64,000 nucleotides of DNA from Eubacteriales bacterium (GTDB lineage: Bacteria; Bacillota; Clostridia; Oscillospirales; Butyricicoccaceae): positions 2 to 64,001 of the forward strand of contig JAUNIY010000002.1 of the NCBI GenBank assembly GCA_030523305.1, read 5' to 3'. This document shows positions 45,810 to 56,311 of the stretch, piece after piece. Position 1 is the first letter of the stretch. Each line of letters opens with the position of its first letter. The position numbers were made by a program, and so were the translations under genes. A model generated the notes under the pieces. The model did not search any database. It was given only the letters and a program-made list of their open reading frames with translations, and was not told the DNA's origin.

Positions 45810-47954
45810 TTATCCCTTGATGGAAAGCAGATCCTGTCCAGCCTTGACTTCGCCGGTTGCCAGCGGCTTGATCGCTACATAATCTTCCGTATTGCAAACG
45901 ATCATCGGGGTTGCCAACGGATATCCCTCTGCCTTGATGGCTTCCAGATCAAAGGATACCAACAGATCGCCTTTCTTGACGGCCTGCTCCGGTTCAACAT
46001 GGGCTTCAAAATGCTTGCCGCCCAGCTTTACTGTATCAATACCGATGTGAAGCAGCAGCTCAGCGCCATCGTCTGTGGTCAAGCCAATGGCATGCTTGGT
46101 GTCAAACACCGTTTCAATCACGCCATCTGCCGGAGCATACAGCTTGCCTTCGCTCGGCTCAATCGCAACGCCTTCTCCCATTGCACAGGAAGCAAACGCT
46201 TCATCCGGTACTTCGTTCATCAACATCATACGGCCATTCATATGCGCGCCGAGAACGACATCCTTCATGGCCTTTTTCGGCTGTTCCGGCGCCGCTTCTG
46301 CCGTCGCCACTGGTGCAGCCTGCATTTCTGTGCCAATCTGGTTTGCTTCAGGTGTTTCCATAAAGTCAACCAGGTTGGACTTGATCACAGCTACCTGTGG
46401 TCCATAAATAACCTGGACACCGTTGCCCTTGTGGATGATACCGGATGCACCGGACTGCTTGAGCATGGGATCGGATACCTTCGCAGGATCGATAACGGTA
46501 ACACGCAGACGGGTTGCGCAGCAATCAACGTCCGAAAGATTTGCTTTGCCGCCAAGTCCTCCCAGGATCAGCGCAGAAGTCGGATCAGAAGACTTCCCTG
46601 CGGATGCCGCACCATCCGGCCCAATGCCAGTCTTTTCCTTAAAGTCCGAACGGGTAAATAGCTTGGTTTCCTCGTCATCATCTTCACGTCCCGGCGTCTT
46701 CAGGTTCATCTTGCGGATCATAAACGAGAAGGTAAAATAATACAGGAAGAAATAGACCACACCGACGACAACAATCCAAATCCAATGTGTCTTTGCATTG
46801 CCCTGCAGGATGCCGAACAATGCAAGGTCGATAACGCCGCCGGAGAACGTCATGCCTACGCCGACGTTCAGGATATGCATGAGCATATACGACAGACCCG
46901 CATAGATACAATGTACGACATACATTGCCGGAGCCACGAACAGGAACGTAAATTCAATCGGTTCCGTAATACCGGTGAGCATTGCAGTCAGTGCGGCAGA
47001 AATCAACAGACCGCCGACAACCTTGCGCTTTTCCGGACGCGCGCAGCGGTACATTGCCAGCGCTGCACCAGGCATACCGAAAATCATGAACGGGAATTTG
47101 CCCGCCATAAACCGCGTTGCAGAAACAGAGAATACTTCCGTGGACTTGGAAGCCAGCTCTGCAAAAAAGATATTCTGAGCGCCTTGGATGGTCACGCCGT
47201 CTACAATCGCCGTGCCGCCCACTGCGGTCTGCCAGAACGGCATATAGAATACGTGATGCAGTCCAAACGGGATCAGTGCACGCTCAATGATGCCGTAAAT
47301 CCATGTGCCGATGTAACCAGAATGGATGACCAGATTGCCCAGCATTGCGATACCGCTCTGGATGACCGGCCATACAAAGAACATTGCAATGCCGACAACG
47401 ACATACACTGCGGTGGAGATAATCGGGACGAAGCGTGTACCGCCAAAGAAGGACAATACCTGCGGAAGCTGCACTTTATAGAAGCGGTTGTGCAGCGCTG
47501 CGACACCTAAGCCGACGATAATACCGCCAAATACACCCATCTGAAGCGTTGTGATGCCGAGTACAGAAGTTGTAGAGTTTTCTGCCATCGCCTCGACGCC
47601 GCCGGCTGCTTCAATCATGGCGCTGATTGCAGTGTTCATGACCAGGTATGCAATGGCACCAGCCAATGCGGCAACCTCTTTTTCCTTTTTCGCCATGCCG
47701 ATTGCAACGCCCATTGCAAACAGCAGCGCAAGGTTATTGAACACAACGCTTCCGCACTGGTTCATGATATCCAGGATGGTATATAGGATACTGCCTGGAT
47801 AGATAACGCCGGTCAGACCATAGGCTTCCAGCATGGTCTGATTGGTAAACGAACTGCCAATGCCAAGCAGCAAGCCCGCAATTGGCAGCAACGCAATCGG
47901 CAGCATAAACGATCTGCCTACACGTTGCAGAATACCAAAGATTTTGTCTTTCAT
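45810..47954 (-). CDS. Glucose/N-acetylglucosamine-subfamily PTS transporter IICBA
   Basis: LQRVGRSFMLPIALLP, GITEPIEF (IIC); DCCATRLR (IIB Cys); HAIG, LLHIGIDTV (IIA His). Exact sugar not determinable. Confidence 0.93.
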   Translation of the reverse strand: MKDKIFGILQRVGRSFMLPIALLPIAGLLLGIGSSFTNQTMLEAYGLTGVIYPGSILYTILDIMNQCGSVVFNNLALLFAMGVAIGMAKKEKEVAALAGAIAYLVMNTAISAMIEAAGGVEAMAENSTTSVLGITTLQMGVFGGIIVGLGVAALHNRFYKVQLPQVLSFFGGTRFVPIISTAVYVVVGIAMFFVWPVIQSGIAMLGNLVIHSGYIGTWIYGIIERALIPFGLHHVFYMPFWQTAVGGTAIVDGVTIQGAQNIFFAELASKSTEVFSVSATRFMAGKFPFMIFGMPGAALAMYRCARPEKRKVVGGLLISAALTAMLTGITEPIEFTFLFVAPAMYVVHCIYAGLSYMLMHILNVGVGMTFSGGVIDLALFGILQGNAKTHWIWIVVVGVVYFFLYYFTFSFMIRKMNLKTPGREDDDEETKLFTRSDFKEKTGIGPDGAASAGKSSDPTSALILGGLGGKANLSDVDCCATRLRVTVIDPAKVSDPMLKQSGASGIIHKGNGVQVIYGPQVAVIKSNLVDFMETPEANQIGTEMQAAPVATAEAAPEQPKKAMKDVVLGAHMNGRMMLMNEVPDEAFASCAMGEGVAIEPSEGKLYAPADGVIETVFDTKHAIGLTTDDGAELLLHIGIDTVKLGGKHFEAHVEPEQAVKKGDLLVSFDLEAIKAEGYPLATPMIVCNTEDYVAIKPLATGEVKAGQDLLSIKG

Positions 47955-48045
47955 AAAAATTCCTCCTAACATTATGTTTCAACCCATATCAGGGCCTACG
48001 GAAAAGAAGCTTGCCTCTACCTCAGCTTATCCTTCCCGAAAATAT

Positions 48046-48120
48046 AAAAACCCATACCAAACGCGCAGCCTTTCCCTGCGTATTTGATATGGGTTTAGCC
48101 CGGCGAACGGTAACTATCCC
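48046..48120 (-). promoter_or_regulatory. RAT element overlapping a terminator (upstream of the PTS gene)
   Basis: GGGATAGTTACCGTTCGCCGGGCTAAACC followed by AAACCCATATCAAA...TTTGGTATGGGTTTTT. Confidence 0.8.
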
Positions 48121-48154
48121 ACGCCCGGCGGTGCGCCGGGGAACGATTCACTTG

Positions 48155-49006
48155 TCATTCCTCCGCATCCATATTGATGCGCTTGAGGTGGATCGTCAGA
48201 TAAATTAACTCTTCTTCTGAAAGCGTTTTGCCATACGTATTCTGGATGTACTCGCCAATGCATTGCGCGCATTTATAATGCTGCTTACAGTTGCGCGCGA
48301 TGAGGCGGCGAAACAGGATGTCCTGCTCATCCTCCATATCCGGCATCGTCTTTCCCTGGAACAGGCGTTGTGCAAAATAACGCAAATGGACGACAAATCG
48401 GCTAAAGTCCAAGGAATCGCGGTCAAACTGCTTTTTATAATAAAATTCCACAATGGAAATCGAGCCTTCAATGAGCCGGGTAATGTCATACATCTCGCTC
48501 ATGTTCGTATTCAGCTCAGCATTGACAATGTGCAGCGCGATGAACGCCGCCTCATCTTCATGCAATGACACCTGTAGGCGTTCGCTGATTACCTTCAGGC
48601 AATATTGCCCCATGTGGTATTCCGTCGGATAATAAGCCATGATTGCGCCCTTGAGCGGATTGCTGAACTCAACGCCATCCTGCTTGCGCTTGATGGCAAA
48701 GCTGATATGGTCGGACAACGTAATCAGAATAGATTCGTTCAGCTTCTGCTTCATATTGGACTGGATATACGCAATCAATTCCTCTGTCAGCCGCAGATGC
48801 TCCAATGGGATCTGCTCCACCAGCTCGCGCAGCTTTTTCTGTTCGGCCTTGCCCTCCATACGGTAGACCCGCTCGACAGCATCCGCATCGATGCGTTCTC
48901 CCCGATGCTTTTGAAAGCCGATGCCGCGCCCGGTAACAATCATTTCGCTTCCTTTTTCGTCAATCGTGCACAGGATATTGTTGTTAATGACTTTCTTAAT
49001 TCTCAT
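48155..49006 (-). CDS. BglG/LicT/GlcT-family PRD antiterminator
   Basis: CAT domain MRIKKVINNN..GRGIGF; PRD histidines (LSDHI, ALHI, VVHL, TIHL). Confidence 0.95.
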   Translation of the reverse strand: MRIKKVINNNILCTIDEKGSEMIVTGRGIGFQKHRGERIDADAVERVYRMEGKAEQKKLRELVEQIPLEHLRLTEELIAYIQSNMKQKLNESILITLSDHISFAIKRKQDGVEFSNPLKGAIMAYYPTEYHMGQYCLKVISERLQVSLHEDEAAFIALHIVNAELNTNMSEMYDITRLIEGSISIVEFYYKKQFDRDSLDFSRFVVHLRYFAQRLFQGKTMPDMEDEQDILFRRLIARNCKQHYKCAQCIGEYIQNTYGKTLSEEELIYLTIHLKRINMDAEE

Positions 49007-49028
49007 TCTATCCTGTTCCCCTTTTTCC

Positions 49029-49129
49029 AAAAAAATAACCAGCCCTATCCTAGCGTACATAGACACCGCTCTCCGGCGCACCATATGCAAAGATAGAGTT
49101 GGTCAAGCCTGCTTTACCAGTAACATCCC
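49029..49129 (-). promoter_or_regulatory. Second RAT plus terminator, upstream of the antiterminator gene
   Basis: GGGATGTTACTGGTAAAGCAGGCTTGACC; stem ACCAACTCTATCT/GGATAGGGCTGGT followed by TTTTTTT. Confidence 0.8.
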
Positions 49130-49147
49130 AACGAATTTGTTACTAGA

Positions 49148-49176
49148 ATATTAACACCCACATAAGAAAATGTCAA
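49148..49176 (-). promoter_or_regulatory. sigmaA promoter of the antiterminator-PTS operon
   Basis: TTGACA-17-TAATAT. Confidence 0.75.
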
Positions 49177-49318
49177 CTATCGTTTTTCAGATTCCAGAGA
49201 AATTGGTGGTTTCTTACAATTTTTCACTTGTATATTTAGGCATTCTGATCGATACTCCCGTATCTCTTGGAACAACGCTCCTGCCGACAAACAGCCATCG
49301 CCATCGGACATCCTCGGG

Positions 49319-50005
49319 TTAAAATTCCACGCTTTTGACACACGCCATTTCGCTCTGCAAATCGAGCAGCATCTCTTTATCCTCACGGCGGCGCATCCAT
49401 ACGCGCATGGTTAAGCGGAGATTTCCATGGTCGGTTTTATCACTGGTTACATTTTGTATATCCATATTTGCACTGCGGAACCAGTCCAAAATTTCCCTAG
49501 CGTTGATTTCGGTACCCGTCAGTACAACAATCACGGTATTCAAATCGCCTTCCTGCTGGTACAAATGAATGCGGGACATTTCTTGGATGAGCAAAACCAA
49601 CACCGTCAGCACGATACCGGTACCGTACATACCGCAGCCGACTGCCATCCCCACCGCTGCCGCAGCCCAAACGCCGGCAGCAGTCGTCAGGCCCTTGATG
49701 CTGTCCCTTCTGATAAAAATGGTGCCTGCACCCAGAAAGCTGACGCCGGAAACAATGCCAGCCGCAACACGCGAAACATCGACACGGACATTGTCCCCAT
49801 ACAGCAGGACATCCATAAACCCATACTTGGAGATCAGCATCATGGCTGCGGAGGCGACACACACCAGCATATGGGTACGCATACCGGCGCTTTCCCGGTG
49901 CTGCGCACGGATATGGTTTTGACGTTCAAACCCGATCAACAAGCCGCAAAAGCCGCTGAGCAGCAAACGGGCTGCATACATAAGTTCCATCGAATATTGT
50001 TCCAT
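49319..50005 (-). CDS. MgtC/SapB family membrane protein
   Basis: LIGFER, AGMRTH, RVAAGIVSGVSFLGAG, GLTTAA.VW..A.VGMA.G. Confidence 0.93.
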   Translation of the reverse strand: MEQYSMELMYAARLLLSGFCGLLIGFERQNHIRAQHRESAGMRTHMLVCVASAAMMLISKYGFMDVLLYGDNVRVDVSRVAAGIVSGVSFLGAGTIFIRRDSIKGLTTAAGVWAAAAVGMAVGCGMYGTGIVLTVLVLLIQEMSRIHLYQQEGDLNTVIVVLTGTEINAREILDWFRSANMDIQNVTSDKTDHGNLRLTMRVWMRRREDKEMLLDLQSEMACVKSVEF

Positions 50006-50093
50006 GCTTTACCCCTTTTTTGTCCCATTCTATTAAAAGGCCAGATATCATACAACAAAAATACATCCGCTTTTCTGTTGCTTTGCACCTGCC

Positions 50094-51104
50094 CTACAGC
50101 AATTCCCTGGTGATGATAGACGTATTGACATTGACAATTTCGTGCCGGATGCGGTGCCCATACACCAGCAGCTCATGCAGGATTAAAATAGCCCGATAGA
50201 CTTGGCCAGAAAAATCCTGTTCGACAACAAAATCAATCTTCCCTTTTTTGAGCGAGTGCTTTGCCTCGGGCGTCAGGTCGTTGGCCACAACCGTCATACG
50301 CCGCCGAACACCTTTGAGCGCATCCACACATGCCTTTACATTTTCCGTACCCATATATATGCCGTGCAGCCGCGGATTGCGCTCCAATGCTTGGCACACT
50401 GTCTCATGCGTCAAATCGTACCGTTCATAACACTCTGCCAATATGTAGCTATCGGAACGGAATCCAAGCCGTTCCATATGCTCCAAAAAGCCATCCACAC
50501 GCACACGGTTGGAACGGAATTCCATGTTGCCTGTAATGACAAGCACCTGGTCCTTCGAGGATAAGCTGCGCGCCATCAGGCCGGCGGCAATCCTTCCTGA
50601 TTTGGCAAGGTCCTGCCCCACGTGGCACATCCGTTTCGTGCCGGGCAGATCGGAATTATATGTGACGACTGCAATTCCTGCGCGCATCAGCCGTTCAATT
50701 TCCGCCGCGATGATAACATTGTCTGGGGCATTCAAAACCAACGCACGCACACCAATCTCCAGCAGCTGTTCGCAGACACGGATGTATTCCTCATCCGATC
50801 TACTATTCATTCTGCGGATCTCCAGCGTCACCTTCCCGGCGTTGATCTCCCGCGCCGCGCGCTGGATCCCCCGCAGGGTGCTATTGATAAAATAATCGTT
50901 CTGCCAATGCGCTACAATGACTCCAATGCAAATCCGTTCCCCACCGGCAAAGCGTTCATCCCGCCGATAACCGGTCTCCTCAATGATGCGCAAAACCCGC
51001 GCGCGCACCTCCGGGCTGACGTCCGGCTGGTTGTTCAGCACGCGGCTGACCGTGCCGCGGGATACGCCCGCTAGCGCAGCGATGCTCCTGACCGTATGCT
51101 TCAT
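50094..51104 (-). CDS. LacI-family transcriptional regulator (sugar-binding domain)
   Basis: TVRSIAALAGVSRGTVSRVLN HTH; periplasmic-binding-fold C-terminus. Confidence 0.93.
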   Translation of the reverse strand: MKHTVRSIAALAGVSRGTVSRVLNNQPDVSPEVRARVLRIIEETGYRRDERFAGGERICIGVIVAHWQNDYFINSTLRGIQRAAREINAGKVTLEIRRMNSRSDEEYIRVCEQLLEIGVRALVLNAPDNVIIAAEIERLMRAGIAVVTYNSDLPGTKRMCHVGQDLAKSGRIAAGLMARSLSSKDQVLVITGNMEFRSNRVRVDGFLEHMERLGFRSDSYILAECYERYDLTHETVCQALERNPRLHGIYMGTENVKACVDALKGVRRRMTVVANDLTPEAKHSLKKGKIDFVVEQDFSGQVYRAILILHELLVYGHRIRHEIVNVNTSIITRELL

Positions 51105-51169
51105 CTGCTTCCACCTCCTCCGACTTCAGTATACCACACCCAGCACGCTGCTGAAAGATATTTTTATTT

Positions 51170-51183
51170 TGTCACGCGTCACA
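51170..51183. promoter_or_regulatory. Candidate LacI-type operator
   Basis: TGTCACGCGTCACA, a near-palindrome with central CG in the divergent intergenic region. Confidence 0.45.
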
Positions 51184-51277
51184 GGTTTCCAGCAAAAAAA
51201 CGCAGCGTTTTGTTGTGAACAATACACGAACGATTTTCCAACTTTTTATCCATATATACGAAGTGTTTTTCGCTCTA

Positions 51278-51306
51278 TTGACTTCATTTTGCAAACATTA
51301 TACAAT
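51278..51306 (+). promoter_or_regulatory. sigmaA promoter of the oxidoreductase gene
   Basis: TTGACT-17-TACAAT. Confidence 0.8.
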
Positions 51307-51388
51307 ACATACAAATGAAATGAACGGAACAATCCATTCCGCAAGGGAACCATCTCAACAATAGCAACACGATCAGGAGGAATTCATC

Positions 51389-52402
51389 ATGAAAACGATC
51401 AAAGTTGGCATCGCAGGCCTGGGCCGTCTGGGTAAGGTTCATGCAAAAAACATCGCATTCAAAATCCCGAACGCACAGCTGACAGCTGCATGCTCCATCA
51501 TGCCTGCCGAACTGGAATACGCAAAGAATGAACTTGGCGTCACCGACGTCTATACCGACTTCCGTGATATGTTGGCAAACGCCGACATCGATGCCGTTGC
51601 CATCGTCACAACCTCTTCCGAGCATTGCTGGCAGATTGAAGCTGCTTTGGACGCTGGCAAGCATGTGTTTACCGATAAACCGCTGGGCGTTGATTTGGAG
51701 CAGTGCAAAATTGCAGAAGCCGCAGTAGAGCGTCACCCGGATCAGATCTTTTTCCTCGGCTTCATGCGTCGTTATGATGCGTCTTATGCGTATGCAAAGC
51801 GGAAAATTCAGGAGGGCGCGATCGGCACGCCGTATATGGTAAAAGCTACCGGCATCGACCCGGAAGCATTGGTCGAAGGTTCCATCAAATTTGCAGCTAC
51901 CTCCGGCGGTATCTTCATCGATATGGCAGTGCACGACATTGACCTGATGCGCTGGTTCCTCCAAGACGAGCCAGCTGAGGTATACGCCATCGGCTCTACC
52001 TTCAAACATCCAGAATTCAAAGCAGCTGGCGATGACGAAACCGCAGTTGCCACCTATAAATTCAAGAATGGCGGCATCGGTGTCATCCATGTCGGACGCA
52101 CTGCACCGCACGGTTACCACGTAGAGACCGAAATCATCGGCACCAACGGTTCCATCCGCATCAGCCCGGAGCCGCAGAAAAACCTGGCCAAGCTGTACAA
52201 TTCTGCCGGTGTTGTCACCGAGTGCGTCGAAGGCTTCCCGGAGCGTTTTGCAGAAGCTTACCTGGCAGAAATGCAGGAATTCATCGACTGCATCTGCGAA
52301 GGCAGAAAGCCTGATGTCACCGTATACGACGGCACCAAGTCCACTGCCATTGGCTTTGGTACGACCGAAGCATGGAAATCCGGCAAGATTGTAACGCTGT
52401 AA
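51389..52402 (+). CDS. Gfo/Idh/MocA oxidoreductase (inositol 2-dehydrogenase-like)
   Basis: GLGRLG, GKHVFTDKP, GFMRRYD, GGIFIDMAVHD. Confidence 0.9.
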   Translation: MKTIKVGIAGLGRLGKVHAKNIAFKIPNAQLTAACSIMPAELEYAKNELGVTDVYTDFRDMLANADIDAVAIVTTSSEHCWQIEAALDAGKHVFTDKPLGVDLEQCKIAEAAVERHPDQIFFLGFMRRYDASYAYAKRKIQEGAIGTPYMVKATGIDPEALVEGSIKFAATSGGIFIDMAVHDIDLMRWFLQDEPAEVYAIGSTFKHPEFKAAGDDETAVATYKFKNGGIGVIHVGRTAPHGYHVETEIIGTNGSIRISPEPQKNLAKLYNSAGVVTECVEGFPERFAEAYLAEMQEFIDCICEGRKPDVTVYDGTKSTAIGFGTTEAWKSGKIVTL

Positions 52403-52459
52403 TTCCATCATCATCTGCACTTTTCTATCTCTTTCCCCTAATCTTTCCCCATATCATCA

Positions 52460-52493
52460 GAGGGCTGCGTGATCTCACACACGCAGCCCTCTA
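52460..52493. terminator. Bidirectional terminator
   Basis: AGAGGGCTGCGTG-atctcaca-CACGCAGCCCTCT. Confidence 0.75.
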
Positions 52494-52505
52494 TTGCTCT
52501 TTATG

Positions 52506-53207
52506 TTATCTTTCCTCCTGGCTGACGCTGCAAACCGTCAAAATGTCGCCGGCCACACGAAATTTGATTTCCAGTCCGGCAAACGCCATGCCATACACCC
52601 GCTCCGGATCATTCTGATAGGATGGGCGTGGATCGTGCGCGAGCACGCCGGTCAGCGCTTCCCTGCGCGCCTCTGGCACCACTTCAAGCCACTGCTCCGG
52701 AAAAACCACTTGCAATATCTTCCCGCTGGTGTTTTGCGTAAAACCGCCCGTCGCATCCGGATGATTATCCGCATAGGGGAGGAACGGCTTGATGTCATAA
52801 ATCGGGGTCCCGTCCATCAAATCAGCACCGGACACATAGAGTACCGGCCCTTCCTCCGTGTGCAGATCCATACCGTCCAGGCGCACGCTGGACAGGCCGA
52901 TGGGATTGGGCCGGAAGGGGGAACGCGTGGCGAAAACGCCCATCCTGGTATTTCCGCCAAGCCGCGGTGGCCGTACCGTCGGCGACCACTGCTTCCGTAT
53001 GCTTTTGGAAAACTGCCAAATCAGCCAAATATGAGAAAAATCCTCCAATCCTCGCAGGGCATCCGGATTGCGATATTCCGGTTCAAACACAATTTTTGCC
53101 TGCAAGCCTTCCACAATGCCGCTCTGTCTTGGGATCCCGAATTTGGTGGGAAACTCTGTGCGGATGGTGGCGATTACGTTCATCTCACTGGTGCTCATCA
53201 CATTCAC
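52506..53207 (-). CDS. trmO: tRNA t6A37 N6-methyltransferase (TrmO/TsaA/YaeB)
   Basis: KFGIPRQ, FSHIWLIWQF, GVFATRSPFRPNPIGLS, DLMDGTPIYDIKP, DPRPSYQ. Confidence 0.95.
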   Translation of the reverse strand: MNVMSTSEMNVIATIRTEFPTKFGIPRQSGIVEGLQAKIVFEPEYRNPDALRGLEDFSHIWLIWQFSKSIRKQWSPTVRPPRLGGNTRMGVFATRSPFRPNPIGLSSVRLDGMDLHTEEGPVLYVSGADLMDGTPIYDIKPFLPYADNHPDATGGFTQNTSGKILQVVFPEQWLEVVPEARREALTGVLAHDPRPSYQNDPERVYGMAFAGLEIKFRVAGDILTVCSVSQEER

Positions 53208-56200
53208 CCCGTTATCACCTGTGCTGTACTTCCGTCGGTGCTGCGCCGCACGACAATCTGTTTGTCAATCCGTTCCTTCAACTCCGCAACGTGGGAAATG
53301 ATACCAATCAACCGATCTCCGCCAGATAGCCGCACCAGGACGGAAATTGCCTGCTCCAGCGCAGCGCTATCCAACGAGCCAAAGCCTTCGTCGATGAACA
53401 CAGTTTCGACGCGTACGCCGCCCGCATAGCTCTGGATGACATCCGACATGCCGAGCGCCAACGCCAACGCCCCGAGGAAGGATTCTCCGCCGGACAGCGT
53501 CTTTACCGAACGGCATTTTCCCGTGTAATAGTCCATGATATCGATATCCAAGCCGGATTGGCTGCGGTTGTTTTCCGCCTTCCGCCGTCGGCGCATCTCA
53601 TACCGTCCCTGCGTCATATCGCGCAAGCGGAGATTGGCACGCTGCAAAACCCGTTCAAAATAAGCTGCCTGTACATACTGTTCCAGCATCAGCTTTTGTT
53701 TGCCGTTCAGCTCTCCGTTTGCCGTCTGGGACATTTCCCGTAGAGCCGCCGTCTGCTTTTCCAACTGGGTCAATTGCTCCTGCATGTCGCCAATGCGCTG
53801 CAATGTATCACCATTTACCCGCAGGCGTTCAGATATCTGATGCTTTTCCGCCTCACAGGAGTGGCAAGCAAGTTCCGCCTGCTCCCGTTTTGCTACCAGC
53901 TGTTCCATATCTGCTAGTTCCGCTTTCGGCGCGGCAGCAGCATATTCGCGCTCCAGTCGGGTGGCGGCAGCAACATCCTGTATCCATTGCTGTACCTGCT
54001 GTTCGCGCCGCTGCAGCTCCTCCGGCGTGAGCAACGCTTTCTGATACGCCTCGCCGGTGGCAAATCCGGCTTCCACCAGCGACTCCTTCCACTGCTGTGC
54101 CGATTGCGCCGCAGACTGCGCGGCCTGCTCCTGCTGGGCTTTTTCGGATGCAAGCACCTCTTTTGCTCCCGCCTGCTTTCGCTGGTGCTGCTCCCATGCG
54201 GTGTTCGCCTGCTCGATGCGCTGGCCGATGTCATCCCGCTCGCTTCTTTTTTGGCGCAGCAACAGCTCGAGCTGCTGCAAATCGTCGAACGGGATGGCGG
54301 CGCGCAACGCCTGTGCGGCGGCGGCAGTTGCGGCCGCCTGCGTTTGCGCCTGCCGCCAATCTGTTTCCGCCTGTTTCGCCGCAGCCTCCATTGTGGGCTT
54401 TTGCTCCAACAGAGCGTCACGCGTTTTCTGTTGTTCTACTCCTTGTTTTTCGCGCCCGGCAAGCGCCTTTCCCTGCTGCTGCAGCGTCAAAGTTTCCTCG
54501 TGTTGCTGCGCCTGCGCAAGCGCAAAATCCTGCTGTGTCTTGCTGTCCACGCCAAACAGCTCCTGGCAGGCGCGCCGCACCGCTTCCTGTGCCGCTTCGG
54601 TCTTGGATTTGCAGGCAGCGCACGTTATGCTTTGCTGCTGCAATGCCGCGCGTGCCTGTTCCATTGCTTTCTTTTCCTGTTCCAGCTGCTGCTCGGACGG
54701 TACGGACCGTTCCAAGTGCGCCGGCGCCGGGTGATGGATCGCCCCGCATACCGGGCAGGGATCGCCTTCGCACAACGACTGCGCAAGAATCCCGGCCTGA
54801 CCACGCAGCCATGTCAATTCATCCGCTTGATACCGCTGTTCCGCCTTGGAAAACGCCTGCTCCAGCATCCGGTATTGCTTCTGTCCGGCTTCCTGCTGCT
54901 TTCGGTTTTCCTCCAATTCCGCAAACAACGCCGACGCCGCTTTCAGGCGGTCTTCCCTTTTTTTGGAGTCCTTCCACGCAATGCGCTTATCCGCCAATTC
55001 CATCTGGATTTGATGCAGCTGCTCCACCTGGCGATCCAGACGTTCCAATTCGGTCTGCATACCGGCAAGCTTTTCTGCCGCCTGCCGGCAAACGTCCTGC
55101 TTTTGGGTTGCGGCACGTTGCAGCCGCGCCGCTTCGTCCTGTTTTTGGTGCCATGCTGCGGCTTTTTCCTGCGCGTCGGCCAATCGGGTGATGTCCTGCT
55201 CCAATGCCGTCAGCTGGGATTGCTGCTGCGCGGCCTGTTCCCATGCCTGCCGCACAGCAGGCGCCGCCTGTTCCAGCTGCCGTACCGCCTGTTCGCGCTG
55301 TTGTACGCTGTCCCGCAGCGTTTCCTCGCGCTGCTGCTCCATTTGCCACAGGTTCCACTTGGGCAGGACCATATCCCTGGCACGTCTCGCCTGCGCCAAC
55401 CGGTTCTTTTCCCGCTCCATATCCGCCTGCTGCGCGTTCAGCTCCTCCAGCTTTTGTTTTGCCGCCTGCCATTTTTCCAACGCATCCTGTTGCTGCTGTG
55501 CGCGTACAACTGCCTCAGTGGCCGCAGTTCTGGCTTGCTGCAGCTGCGCCAACTGGACTTCCGCAGCCTGCAAGTGGACCTGATCCTCCGCATTTTGCCC
55601 TGTAATCCCTTCCAGCAAATCCGCAAGCTGGGTTTGTGCCAGCCCGCGCAGCGGACTATCCTCCGGTATGCGGAAGCCTTCCGCATACTGCAATACAGCC
55701 TGCCGAGTCTGCTCACATTTCCGGCTCCATGCGTTATATTCCGCTTTGATCTGCTTTTGCAGCTGAACCAATGGTTCCGTATGGAATACCTTGCGGATGA
55801 TTTCCGCACGGGAACGGCTATCCGCCGTCAGCAGCTTCAAAAATTCGCCCTGTGCAATCATAGAAATCTGTTTGAAGGACTGGCATCCCACGCCAAGCAG
55901 CTGCTCCACCGCCTCCGTGACTGCGTTTGCCCCGGCAACCGTGGAGCCGTCGGGGTATTTTAAAATCGCCTTGGGATTTTGCGTCACAGTGCCGCTGCCA
56001 CGCTTTTTCGGTCGCTCATATTTGGGTATACGTTCAATATAATACTCTTCCCCCTGGTGGGAAAAGCGGAAATCGACATAGGTCTCCGCATCGGGTTTGG
56101 CAAAATCGGAACGCAGCTGATCGGACGCGCGCTGGGAGCCGCTGACTTCGCCAAACAGGGCAAAGCAAATCGCATCAAAAATACTTGTCTTACCCGCGCC

Positions 56201-56311
56201 GGTATCCCCTGTGACCAGGAACAGCCCACTTCCGCCAAAATCCTCCATGGAAAGCGTCATTTTTCCGGAATATGGTCCAAATGCACTGACGGTCAACTCA
56301 ATCGGCTTCAT
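53204..56311 (-). CDS. sbcC: SbcC SMC-like ATPase
   Basis: FGPY, GDTGAGKT, QGEF, long coiled coil with CPVCG hook, LSGGE, FIDEGFGSLD, ISH. Confidence 0.96.
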   Translation of the reverse strand: MKPIELTVSAFGPYSGKMTLSMEDFGGSGLFLVTGDTGAGKTSIFDAICFALFGEVSGSQRASDQLRSDFAKPDAETYVDFRFSHQGEEYYIERIPKYERPKKRGSGTVTQNPKAILKYPDGSTVAGANAVTEAVEQLLGVGCQSFKQISMIAQGEFLKLLTADSRSRAEIIRKVFHTEPLVQLQKQIKAEYNAWSRKCEQTRQAVLQYAEGFRIPEDSPLRGLAQTQLADLLEGITGQNAEDQVHLQAAEVQLAQLQQARTAATEAVVRAQQQQDALEKWQAAKQKLEELNAQQADMEREKNRLAQARRARDMVLPKWNLWQMEQQREETLRDSVQQREQAVRQLEQAAPAVRQAWEQAAQQQSQLTALEQDITRLADAQEKAAAWHQKQDEAARLQRAATQKQDVCRQAAEKLAGMQTELERLDRQVEQLHQIQMELADKRIAWKDSKKREDRLKAASALFAELEENRKQQEAGQKQYRMLEQAFSKAEQRYQADELTWLRGQAGILAQSLCEGDPCPVCGAIHHPAPAHLERSVPSEQQLEQEKKAMEQARAALQQQSITCAACKSKTEAAQEAVRRACQELFGVDSKTQQDFALAQAQQHEETLTLQQQGKALAGREKQGVEQQKTRDALLEQKPTMEAAAKQAETDWRQAQTQAAATAAAAQALRAAIPFDDLQQLELLLRQKRSERDDIGQRIEQANTAWEQHQRKQAGAKEVLASEKAQQEQAAQSAAQSAQQWKESLVEAGFATGEAYQKALLTPEELQRREQQVQQWIQDVAAATRLEREYAAAAPKAELADMEQLVAKREQAELACHSCEAEKHQISERLRVNGDTLQRIGDMQEQLTQLEKQTAALREMSQTANGELNGKQKLMLEQYVQAAYFERVLQRANLRLRDMTQGRYEMRRRRKAENNRSQSGLDIDIMDYYTGKCRSVKTLSGGESFLGALALALGMSDVIQSYAGGVRVETVFIDEGFGSLDSAALEQAISVLVRLSGGDRLIGIISHVAELKERIDKQIVVRRSTDGSTAQVITG

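Noticed and set aside
53987-55963. 658-aa Leu/Arg-rich plus-strand ORF
   Set aside because: Antisense mirror of the Gln/Glu/Ala-rich SbcC coiled coil.
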